A DNA stretch of 20,000 bases from Tortispora ganteri (lineage: Eukaryota). The notes under the pieces are model-generated. The model ran no database searches and was not told where the DNA came from. It saw only the letters and a list, made by a program, of their open reading frames with translations. The stretch lies in contig PPNB01000009.1 of NCBI GenBank assembly GCA_003707115.1, positions 293,724 through 313,723 on the forward strand. Reading direction: 5' to 3'. A program made the translations under genes and the position numbers. How positions within the stretch are numbered: the stretch's first letter is position 1; every line of letters starts with the position of its first letter. Positions 9,601-17,352 of the stretch are shown one piece after another.

Positions 9601-10035
9601 TGCAAATCAGTTGCATTTATAACCTCTCTCGCTGCTGAAGTATTCCATTTTGTACTAAACGCAATGACACCTGCAATTAAAATCAGTAAAAGTGAATGTC
9701 CTTGCAAAATTCCAAAAGATGTTTTAAAGAAAGAAGAGAGCAACGATACACTTCGGATGGGAACAGAAATAATTTCTTTGCAACAGCTTCAACGGTCTTT
9801 TGAAATCATTCAAGGACCTCTTCAATCTGGTTCCCCTGCTTCTAAACCATTGAAAAGACAGGCCAAATTAATAAAGAGCTCCACTAAAAATAAAAAGAGA
9901 GCCGTGGGAAAAGAAAATATACCTAAAAAGGGCTTTTTAGAAAGCAAGCAACCATCTCGTCGAAGTGCTAGGCAACATAATGTCATAAGCTATGCCGTTG
10001 ACGATGTAGATGAGATGCATGAATTTGATGATTAA
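6610..10035 (+). CDS. PDS5: Sister chromatid cohesion protein Pds5 (HEAT repeat), divergent
   Basis: First ATG at 6610 (AAAATCATG). TASCIAQILRLSAPNPPY matches the Pds5 TACCL.DILRL.AP.APY motif; also LLDSDASVR..AC, DRCRDK, FEMVLPRLIAFLA and a basic/acidic tail (SRRSAR...SYAVDD). Confidence 0.88.
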   Translation: MTSTSKAKHSEKESDIDELLNKLDWLKSLTQASFDSSKYTKLVKRLTKKSCLYSKSDQISLTTASCIAQILRLSAPNPPYKDHELMLIFKAFNRVISHCSNPNSSHFLAFIDFLRTLSLSQSMVLITDLPESQTLIFSFVQEVFKSVSSSSHKERDALFTAILVSVLSESSSFSDKLIGSLLSTLATLSEITSNATTILTTALRASVDTMAQPIYKFLAPYFTTDLQHKYDEKSLHKFHEILGPLWNISPEYVKNLNSLLIQEFVSENSQSRALAMDAIFGILKQDQILANFIATHPQSYSAFLACSYDTSASVKTKFTAHCLNLIKMQGLKSDPKLLSSLCLVLLDSDASVRRTACKYLVEYQNDLNLVISIAKSPDTYETVCDRCRDKDSDTRVMAVTFLTSAYNLLQSNNETNGSQVPSTFRKFPSTFLSLYLVEDDVLTTCLDSLFYTKLIAIIDDPQQVVDRTCKFVSALTEESFEIFVAITMTRRLQYVHALQQQDLEKIESLMPELISSLEKKDADIIRDISDSKRSLSYILEHCDSLKNRNSYSCEARKLIENIVNRAAAFLYNSSTTKLLIKSMRNEYSDPARKLVEALSNYSLSDLEEFVTCFEEHVISQECIQQSLIILRQILSNSAEPQKVLSERFVDYITEQFYSLEDPIVMGHFAFLILKAGSSTGLSAIKNYLGDGPIDLVNDELSQEKLAILIEILRHHTNTDFIQIDICFDKIVNMLTQLSHKITNQENIEVDLKQDIRTLPSDIVVLILGIHFVEAYVERQSNSANDLTRVRKGIRSLRDLITQQKELPEVSDLKYLARLRWEATECTLNLCANPKTQAFFTHLERSGLQIAVRDSISSIRALLCDTIDRNIWSGNLSIRYLLLLFLYPLERVSQIAINKAKIIKGRHEKLADYGRLDFEMVLPRLIAFLAAQFEKHGGLLDEYNLVQSNSVLKRYVNIYVPYLMGYFVLVTNDRNAQYLNSILEELSSGYRLTANSSSCKSVAFITSLAAEVFHFVLNAMTPAIKISKSECPCKIPKDVLKKEESNDTLRMGTEIISLQQLQRSFEIIQGPLQSGSPASKPLKRQAKLIKSSTKNKKRAVGKENIPKKGFLESKQPSRRSARQHNVISYAVDDVDEMHEFDD

Positions 10036-10073
10036 AGAATAATAGGATAAATAATTATATCACTTATATCAGT

Positions 10074-12170
10074 TTATGACAGTAAAAACTCATACAGCGC
10101 ATCTTTACCTTTGGCGCGGATTATTTGTCGTACTGCCATGAGTTCGATCTTGTCATCTATAGAAAGGTCGTCAAAATTGCCTTCATGAGAGTCACGGGTC
10201 AATGCTTCCATTTTTTGTTTATATCTCTGCGAATCCTCAAAATCTTCAACAAATCGAATAGCATGTAATAGTGCCAAAACATTTTTGTGATATATGCTGA
10301 CGGGGCTATTCGCTGTTCGCAAATATGCCAAGCCAGACAACGCCTCTCTTTCGTGATAATCTTTAGGTAATAATGCATCAAGTGTGGTTAGAGAGGCGTA
10401 TTCTTTTTGAGAATCAAGTTGTTTAGCGACAAGTTCATAGTAAGATTTGAGTTTCGCATGTTCAATAAAGTCCAGCTTTACAGCTCTTTCAGGTAATCGA
10501 TAAGTAATTCCATCCACATTGAATCGATCGTAATCATTGTCTGTTTCATTATCGGAGTCGTTCGTAACTTCTATATATCCGCTATTCCTAAAATTTCTGG
10601 GAATAGTCACATCAACAATTTTTGATTTCTTAGCGATTCGTCTTTTAGGAGTTATATGCAGAGCGTGAGCAGGACACATCCATTTGCGACTAGACCGTGG
10701 TATAGAAACCATAGGAGGATTCAAGCAATCAAGGTGCCAATGCAGCGAACAGTAGTCGCATGATATTATTTGTAAATCCATTGCAGACAAACCACATTTA
10801 TAACAATAAACCAAATTCCCATTCTTGTCATGAAGCTTGTGCGGGTCTGAATCTTCTGGTTGCCCGTTTCTATTGAGTTGACGGCTATGCTCTCGCGAGT
10901 CCATGTATGAACCATCAGAAGCAGTGGCCACACCCTCATAGCGGTCACGAATACTTTTCGGTAATAAAAATGCTTTGGGGTTCCTTTTCGCGATTATATC
11001 TACAAAAGCACCGAATATAGGCACATCACTTGGACTAGGAGGGTATTTAGCAGCCGAGCACTCAGTACAAAACCATGAGTCGTCTTCAGGTAGCTGGTCC
11101 TCTTCAAGTGGAGGATCCAGACAAAGAAAATGAAAAGATTTAGGGCAATTGTCACAACAAATGAATGTTCCTGGCTGTTTGCAGACTGAGCAAAAGTCAT
11201 CGTTTGAAGCGGAGTCGCCACGAAGTTCAACAGAAGTTTCTGGGCCTTGTCCATGTCTGAAATTGTGTTCACTTAGTCGCCGGTCATGCTTTGTTGGAGA
11301 TTTCTTTATTCGATTCTGAGTTGATTTTTCAGGAGTAGAGGTGCGAGCGGATCGCGCTTTTGACTTCCGTGATCGTCTGGATTTGGCTGGTGGAACGTTA
11401 GGAAGCCGTATAAGAGTGGGTCGTTCGCCGCTTTCTGGAAAACTATCTGGCCGAGGGTAAGGATGTTCGTATTTGATTTTAACTTGAGTGCTTTTGATTT
11501 CCGAGTTATGATGAAATTGTTCACGTAAACCCATTGAGACCTCAGTGGCCGTTGCAGCCGCAGATTCGCCATCAGATTCTGATATGATATCAGTGGAAGG
11601 GGTGCTTGGGGTTGTCGAAAGGGCAGCAGAATCTTGCATTAAAGGGTCAGTATCATTGTATACTGCTTGTTGTGGTAGAAAACCATTATTGAGAATTTTT
11701 ATAGGGAATCGAGCTGTACTAGAAGGTTCTGTAGGATCAGGTGAAAGAGGGAAGTCATCTTCCGAAAGTGCCGGAGATGATGAAGCATGATTGGAGGAGT
11801 TTTCCAGGGGAGGTTTTGATATTGAGGGAGACGGTAAACCAATGGAACCACTAGATATTTTTGTATTCTGTTCGGATTTTACAAGAATAGGTTTTGACTT
11901 GGGTCTGCCAACACGATTTGCCTTTTTCTTCTTAGACAAGTTCAGTTGTTTAAGATTTGGAGGAACACCAAGAGGGAGGCCATTGACGCCAGGTGCACTG
12001 TTACCAGCTTCAGGTTCGGACCATGTTCTCTTAGTAGTCCGTGAGCGTGAAGGTGTATGTGAATGTGAATGAGATGGCGATTGCTTATCATTCCCGTTAG
12101 TGCTAGAGTTCATAGTAAGAACCACGCGAGTCGACTTGAATGGAGTACTCTGAGAAGGTAAACGGTCCAT
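10074..12170 (-). CDS. RCO1: Rco1/Cph1-like double PHD finger subunit of the Rpd3S histone deacetylase complex
   Basis: PHD1 NDDFCSVC..PGTFICCDNCPKSFHFLCLDPP...WFCTEC; linker RNPKAFLLPKSIR..YEGV; PHD2 CYKC...CDYCSLHWHLDCLNPP...KWMCPAH; YRLPERAVKLDFI. Confidence 0.92.
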   Translation of the reverse strand: MDRLPSQSTPFKSTRVVLTMNSSTNGNDKQSPSHSHSHTPSRSRTTKRTWSEPEAGNSAPGVNGLPLGVPPNLKQLNLSKKKKANRVGRPKSKPILVKSEQNTKISSGSIGLPSPSISKPPLENSSNHASSSPALSEDDFPLSPDPTEPSSTARFPIKILNNGFLPQQAVYNDTDPLMQDSAALSTTPSTPSTDIISESDGESAAATATEVSMGLREQFHHNSEIKSTQVKIKYEHPYPRPDSFPESGERPTLIRLPNVPPAKSRRSRKSKARSARTSTPEKSTQNRIKKSPTKHDRRLSEHNFRHGQGPETSVELRGDSASNDDFCSVCKQPGTFICCDNCPKSFHFLCLDPPLEEDQLPEDDSWFCTECSAAKYPPSPSDVPIFGAFVDIIAKRNPKAFLLPKSIRDRYEGVATASDGSYMDSREHSRQLNRNGQPEDSDPHKLHDKNGNLVYCYKCGLSAMDLQIISCDYCSLHWHLDCLNPPMVSIPRSSRKWMCPAHALHITPKRRIAKKSKIVDVTIPRNFRNSGYIEVTNDSDNETDNDYDRFNVDGITYRLPERAVKLDFIEHAKLKSYYELVAKQLDSQKEYASLTTLDALLPKDYHEREALSGLAYLRTANSPVSIYHKNVLALLHAIRFVEDFEDSQRYKQKMEALTRDSHEGNFDDLSIDDKIELMAVRQIIRAKGKDALYEFLLS

Positions 12171-12265
12171 TTAGATTCTCTCCCTGAATTATTCGAATCT
12201 CTATCAGGCTGCTTTTTTGAATTGTATAAAAAGGTCGGAAAGCAAAATCAGGATAGGGTAATGCG

Positions 12266-12332
12266 TTACGTGAGGAAGAGGGTGCACCAGGAGAAACCCG
12301 GCAAAGTGTAACACAGTCGCGCGGTGACGTGA
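12266..12332. promoter_or_regulatory. Two ACGT-core CRE-like (bZIP) sites upstream of RCO1
   Basis: TTACGTGA at 12266-12273 and TGACGTGA at 12325-12332; motif match only. Confidence 0.3.
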
Positions 12333-12983
12333 AGAACAAATCCGCTACTACTTGTTAAAAGACCAAAAAATATGCACAACAAAACACAACAAAAAAGTAA
12401 TCAGATACAACCGTGCTAAATTTCCTTAGGAAAATTGACGCAATAATAACTGATATAAAGCTTTATTTGAAGAATTATTTGTAGCCGTATTAGTAGTATC
12501 AATGATAAACCAATACGTTATTCTTATTGTTAACCAAAATTCAATCAGAATTTCTACCTGTATTGTCTGGTAGTAGTAATAGTTAAGTGGTAAGTTCCAG
12601 AGCTGTTGGATAGTGGATTATATGGGAAGGGTGGGTTAATTATTAAGAAGCAACTAAAGAAGGGATATGGGTTTTCCCGGTTTTTTATAGCAATCATAAA
12701 CTTTTCTATGCTCTTTAATAATACTGCATGATGTAATAAATTGATCTCTGAATGTAAAGAGATTCATTCTTTTAAAAATAATAATAATAATTATAAACAT
12801 TTTATTAGATGAATGTAGATGTGATCAAATCAGTGACATATATCGTTTCAAAACAAAAAGTTAATGAACGATCCAAACAGAACCAATTAAGAACGGTACA
12901 AGTCAAACCCTCTCCCAAGTTAATTCTATTTTATCAATCTCAATCCTTTTGAGAAATAAACAAGTACATTCTTGAGATGTCCT

Positions 12984-14200
12984 TTAAAGAGACTTAGACA
13001 GAAGTTCAGCTAGTTCCTTGTCTTCAACTGATTTGTCGCTTTTGACTTTACTAAAATCAGGTGCAATAGGGCCCGCAATCTTAACAGGACCATCCTTGGT
13101 AATTCGGATAGTGCTCAAAAAATGAGCAACTGTTTCTCCTGATTTCTCTTCGTAAACTTCATATGGAACCAACAGATTGTGTTGTTGGCATTCCTGAAGG
13201 CCAACTCTGCATTTTTTGTAATCCTTCAGTGAACGCACTGAGAACGGAAATGTTCCAATGTTCTTCTTTACCTCAGAATAAACCATACGTGAAGTCTTCA
13301 ATCTCAGTTGGTAGATACTATCGGTTTTCTTAAAAATAGTAGTACGAACTCCTGATGAAATAGTCTTACCAGTGCCAGTGGTGATAAGAATATCAAGAAT
13401 CCACACATCTCCTTCTTTGAAGGTCACAGATTCAATATTACTCCTCTGGCTATCCGTAGGATTAACGATAATTTTGTTTTTGCCATCCAACAAACCATAT
13501 TCAACATTTTGCGAAAGCATACCTTCCAATGGTACGCATTCGTAAGCTGCTGCAACTTTGCCAACAACACTAGTAACATCCCAGTTCTTCTTTCCTGGTA
13601 CAAGAGTCTGAATAGCAGCCTCTGAGGCTTTCCATGCCGCAGTTATAACGTCTGCAGCACGTCCTTCCACTGCTGCGGTGTCAACAACTAAAGTGTCGGC
13701 AACTACTGTTCCAAATCCACCAATCTGCGCTCCTAATGCAATTCGCACCGTAGATCCCGACTTGATAACCCACTCTGCAGATTCCTCGGATTCGACTGGA
13801 CTCAAATGTGTCACATATACATCTGGAGATACAGATGTAGGAAATGCAACACCCTTAGAAATCTTGGAGTTAGTTCCAGCTTCCTTGGTAGCTTCTTCAA
13901 TAATAATTTCATCACCTTTTCTGCAGATATCAATAATTTTAGCGCCAGGAATAATAAGTTCACGAACTCTAGCTAATGCTCGATTGGAAGCCTGACCGGC
14001 TTTATCGTGCAAAGCAATGTTTTTCTCGCTAGTCAAAGAGTGGTCTTCTATCACGAAAGCCAGGTTAGTCTCAAGCTTAACTTAAGGTAAAACCACACAA
14101 TTTGTTGCAATTTCCCATAAGTTTACTTTTAATGTAAACTTATGGTTTGCTCCACCGGGTTTTCACTAGCAGTGAAATATTAATACATACCTGCTGCCAT
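12984..14200 (-). CDS. cdb4: Cdb4/EBP1(PA2G4)/Arx1-family peptidase M24-fold protein; join(14191..14200,12984..14047), 357 aa
   Basis: KGVAFPTSVS, GRAADVITAAW.ASEAA, PLEGMLS, RTTIFKK, YQLRLKTSR, FPFSVR, G..ECQQHNLL.PY motifs. The track ORF starts at GTG; splicing restores ATG GCA GCA G|AA GAC CAC (MAAEDHSL). Confidence 0.88.
14048..14190 (-). other. Spliceosomal intron (143 nt) in the cdb4/EBP1-like gene
   Basis: Donor GTATGT at 14190-14185, branch GACTAAC at 14070-14064, acceptor TAG at 14050-14048; the phase 1 join keeps the frame. Confidence 0.92.
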
Positions 14201-14224
14201 AAATGTTAGATGTAAAGTTGTAAA

Positions 14225-14302
14225 TAGGGTTAATTCACCCTTGCTTTCTCGAAGGGTAGTTCGGTTGTCCGGTGGGACAAGTGTGAGAGACAGAACCCTA
14301 AC
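14225..14302. promoter_or_regulatory. Telobox/Tbf1-like motifs in the cdb4-like promoter
   Basis: TAGGGTTA at 14225-14232, AGGGTAG at 14253-14259 and AACCCTAAC at 14294-14302 within a 125-bp intergenic region. Confidence 0.4.
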
Positions 14303-14325
14303 GAGACGAATACCAGGTTCGTCGT

Positions 14326-16704
14326 TCAACCAGACAACGCCGCAGAGACGCGTAGCTTGGACAATATCGTAGGGTGCGATATAGTAGGTGGAACCACGGG
14401 AGCTGCTTCTGAAAGTATATATAGTGCCTCTTTGAGGGTTTTGGAATCAATGTCATCACGCGCTTTAAGAACGCATTCGACATAGCTCATAGAAACATCC
14501 GGGAAATCATTAAGCATAGCCGTATAAGCAGCTACTAAAGCCGACGGGTCTTCTGCATCTATCGCTAGAAGCCCTAACGTATGCTCTACTGCTTGAAACA
14601 GCGACCTAACGTATGCGTCTGGTGCTAACGTAACAAAAGCATCATAAAGGACCGAGGCGTTGTCTCGCATTCTCTCAATGCATTTGTCCTTTTTCATAAC
14701 AACTCTGGGTTCTTTTCTGTAAAATTGCCCCAGGTATGTAGCTAAAGTACCTTCAATAACCTGGTCAATAAATAACTCTCGTAGCTCGTCGCGTAAATAA
14801 TCGGGAAGATCAGTCGTGTAATCACGCAAAGTCGCTGCAATAGTATTCACACTATTGGAACTCTTATCAGAATTCCACTGTTTAGTAAATATATCTGCAA
14901 AGCATTCGTGACAATCTGTAAGTATAATAGTAGTAATATCAGATAAACAGATTTCTCCAAGGTTTGCATTGCCGTCAATAACGCCTTCAAGAGCTGCCGT
15001 GATCTGGGGTTTGTACTTCCTAGAGACAAGGGGCGAATGACGTGCCATAATTGCTTCAGTATAAGTGGCGCATCTGATTTGATCATTAGCAATTGCTGTA
15101 AGGTATTCTAACAGTCCTGGAGGTAACTCGGTGCGTGAATTATCTTTAACATTGTCATCTCTATTCCCTGATTGACCAAGTGCTTCTTGGATATATCTCT
15201 GAGTTTCATTGTTAACGTACGAGGTCCATTTCCGCTGTAAATCAAGTAATGAGGAAGCAGTAGAATCCACAACTCGCGCTAATACACGGGCCTGCCCAGT
15301 GTCTGCAGCTCTGTCAAGTTGTTGATGGATCATAGTGAACAGTGTCTGCGTGTCAGAGAGCATATATTTTCCATCATCGTCATTAATAAGAGGAGGGTCA
15401 GTACGTTCAAGAAAGGTCCGTCGCTCTTGGTTCGCCATAGAAAGAATCCACTCATTCATTTTCTTTATGATAAGAGTTAAGTACTCATTCAGAAGGTTTT
15501 CAGCTTTATTTCCAGTCAACGGAGATTCCACTAGCGGAGATTTCAATATCGCAGTGTTAGCCCCATCTGGGCTGTTTTCGATAATGGTTTGGGTCATGTT
15601 AGTTTTGTATTCACGAACAAAGTCCAACATGGCAAGCATGACCTGAGCATCAGGATCAGAGTTAATAAGGTCCAGTAAAAGTTTGTTCAAGTTTTCATGA
15701 CAGTATTCCAAATACTTTTCAGGGATTTGCCACCGATTAGGTACCACTGATGGTATTGCAGAAAAAGCAAAACCAACATCTTGAAATATCCAATTCAAAT
15801 TATCTAGAAGATCTAGTGGATTATCAGGTAAAAATGCGTTGCGACAATTTGAAAATACTTCTGCAATCGATTCTGAAAGTTGATTAAGCATTCTGTTGAA
15901 ATAGTTTCGAGGGGGCCTATTGTAGTCTGATGAGACTTTAATAAACTGAATTAAATCTAAAGTAGAAGAGTGTTCAGCCCGGGGAGCTATACCTCCGTGA
16001 AACGTAGATGTATTCGAAGAAGTAGAGACGCCATGACGTCTATCAGCAGTTTCTTCAACTTCGATTATTTTAGCCATTCGAACCACAAGAGAGGCATTGC
16101 CTTCACGCAGTAGTTCAAGCATATTAGCAGCTATGTCAAAAAGAAGGGTTTCAAAGCGCTCTGAGAGATTTTTTAGTCCAGCGAAGAACTTGTTTAGCTC
16201 CGAGAGCGTTGAGATGCGCATCTGATCGTTGTAGTTTTGCGATGTGGTATAGAGGTCTTGCAGAGGACGCAACTGATAGTGAATATGTAGCAAATGAGGA
16301 ACAGATAGATCTAAAGCGGGCAAAGAGGAATTGCCTTTACCTATATCGGCGTCTAATAGAGCGGAAAGACGAGAGACATCGGAGGAGAGGGTTGTGAACT
16401 GTTCAACTACTTTCAGGATTTCTATTACTGATTGGCGAACTTTAAGCACCTCTGAGACTAGGCGAAACTCGTTAGATGATGAAAAGTCAGAAGCAGAATC
16501 TGTCAGTGTCTTCAATTTAGAATCTAACGCGAGTACTTGAGACTTTGCTGAATTCAGAGCATTAATGGCTTTTGAAGTCTGGTCAAGTATCGTAGCGGAA
16601 GACCTAGTAATTCTTGCATCAATTTGTTTTTTCTCCTGAATGTATCGTTCACGCAGCTGATCCACCCTTTCAAGAGTATTATCGAGCTTTAGAGAGTCGT
16701 TCAT
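14326..16704 (-). CDS. SEC6: Exocyst subunit Sec6
   Basis: 792-aa helical protein with HLLHIHYQL..L, SLVVRMAKIIEVEE..D, LLDNLNWIFQD, VVP.RW.I...Y, LFTMIHQQL and GLLEYLTAIANDQIRCA.Y motifs typical of fungal Sec6. Confidence 0.93.
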   Translation of the reverse strand: MNDSLKLDNTLERVDQLRERYIQEKKQIDARITRSSATILDQTSKAINALNSAKSQVLALDSKLKTLTDSASDFSSSNEFRLVSEVLKVRQSVIEILKVVEQFTTLSSDVSRLSALLDADIGKGNSSLPALDLSVPHLLHIHYQLRPLQDLYTTSQNYNDQMRISTLSELNKFFAGLKNLSERFETLLFDIAANMLELLREGNASLVVRMAKIIEVEETADRRHGVSTSSNTSTFHGGIAPRAEHSSTLDLIQFIKVSSDYNRPPRNYFNRMLNQLSESIAEVFSNCRNAFLPDNPLDLLDNLNWIFQDVGFAFSAIPSVVPNRWQIPEKYLEYCHENLNKLLLDLINSDPDAQVMLAMLDFVREYKTNMTQTIIENSPDGANTAILKSPLVESPLTGNKAENLLNEYLTLIIKKMNEWILSMANQERRTFLERTDPPLINDDDGKYMLSDTQTLFTMIHQQLDRAADTGQARVLARVVDSTASSLLDLQRKWTSYVNNETQRYIQEALGQSGNRDDNVKDNSRTELPPGLLEYLTAIANDQIRCATYTEAIMARHSPLVSRKYKPQITAALEGVIDGNANLGEICLSDITTIILTDCHECFADIFTKQWNSDKSSNSVNTIAATLRDYTTDLPDYLRDELRELFIDQVIEGTLATYLGQFYRKEPRVVMKKDKCIERMRDNASVLYDAFVTLAPDAYVRSLFQAVEHTLGLLAIDAEDPSALVAAYTAMLNDFPDVSMSYVECVLKARDDIDSKTLKEALYILSEAAPVVPPTISHPTILSKLRVSAALSG

Positions 16705-16786
16705 TGGGGTTTATGATTGTGGCTGAGGGTTGATTGTTGTTATGTTTTTTTGACTTGGGACGGTGTACCTTATCAAGTTCGCGCGA

Positions 16787-17146
16787 ATGGACGAAGACAC
16801 GCTCAGAAGACGAATAGCGAGAGAAAAGCAGAAACTAAACAAATATAAAGAGCGTTTAGCGAATTTTAAGGAAGCAGTTGAATTAAGACAAAAAAGAATA
16901 GACCTCAAATTGCAAAATATAGGCGTAGGATCAGAAGAAATTGAAGGGCACTTGTCACGGGAGTATGAGAAGATTGCAGCGCTTGAAACCAACGAAATCG
17001 ATAATGTCGACTTAGAATCAGATGTTGAATCAGATTATGATGGTCTTGAAAGAGATTATGGAATTGAAAGCGATTTAAGGTCAATTGAACGCAAAGTCAC
17101 CCAGATATATGAAAGACTGCTGAAAGTTGAAGAAATCTTGGGTTGA
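16787..17146 (+). CDS. Hypothetical 119-aa coiled-coil protein
   Basis: First ATG at 16787. Charged helical composition with heptad-like N- and C-terminal segments and an acidic linker; fills the SEC6-SNF5 gap. No family recognised. Confidence 0.65.
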   Translation: MDEDTLRRRIAREKQKLNKYKERLANFKEAVELRQKRIDLKLQNIGVGSEEIEGHLSREYEKIAALETNEIDNVDLESDVESDYDGLERDYGIESDLRSIERKVTQIYERLLKVEEILG

Positions 17147-17160
17147 CATCACGTGATGTC
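17145..17160. promoter_or_regulatory. Perfect 16-bp palindrome with E-box core (Cbf1/Tye7/SREBP-type)
   Basis: GACATCACGTGATGTC equals its own reverse complement, contains RTCACGTG, and lies ~190 bp upstream of the SNF5 ATG. Confidence 0.55.
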
Positions 17161-17205
17161 CATAGAGCCTATAACAAATTTAGCCAGCCAACCAGGCCGA
17201 ATATT

Positions 17206-17232
17206 CAAACATCCAAACATCCAAACATCCAA
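17206..17232. repeat. Tandem repeat (CAAACATC)x3 + CAA
   Basis: Directly visible: CAAACATC CAAACATC CAAACATC CAA. Confidence 0.85.
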
Positions 17233-17352
17233 CCACTTACCTCCGACTCACCTACCTCAATTAGTACAACATTTTCTCCATTTCTGGCAGACTTGTGAGC
17301 TAAACACATTATATGTTACATTTATTTGCATAGTATATTAGCATAGTTGGCC

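Noticed and set aside
12340..12980. Long AT-rich intergenic region scanned for a snoRNA or small gene (ATGATGT...CTGA near 12728-12751)
   Set aside because: Imperfect C box, spacing too short, no terminal stem or recognisable guide; no credible ORF.
16711..16992. 93-aa - strand ORF and the other short ORFs overlapping larger genes (e.g. 440-700, 13678-13995, 15335-15646, 11545-12072)
   Set aside because: Antisense or alternate-frame shadows of supported CDSs, mostly non-ATG starts, with no recognisable motifs.
17233..17245. U1 snRNA-like 5' end ACTTACCT
   Set aside because: No GAUCA loop I, no UUGCAC loop II and no Sm site downstream.
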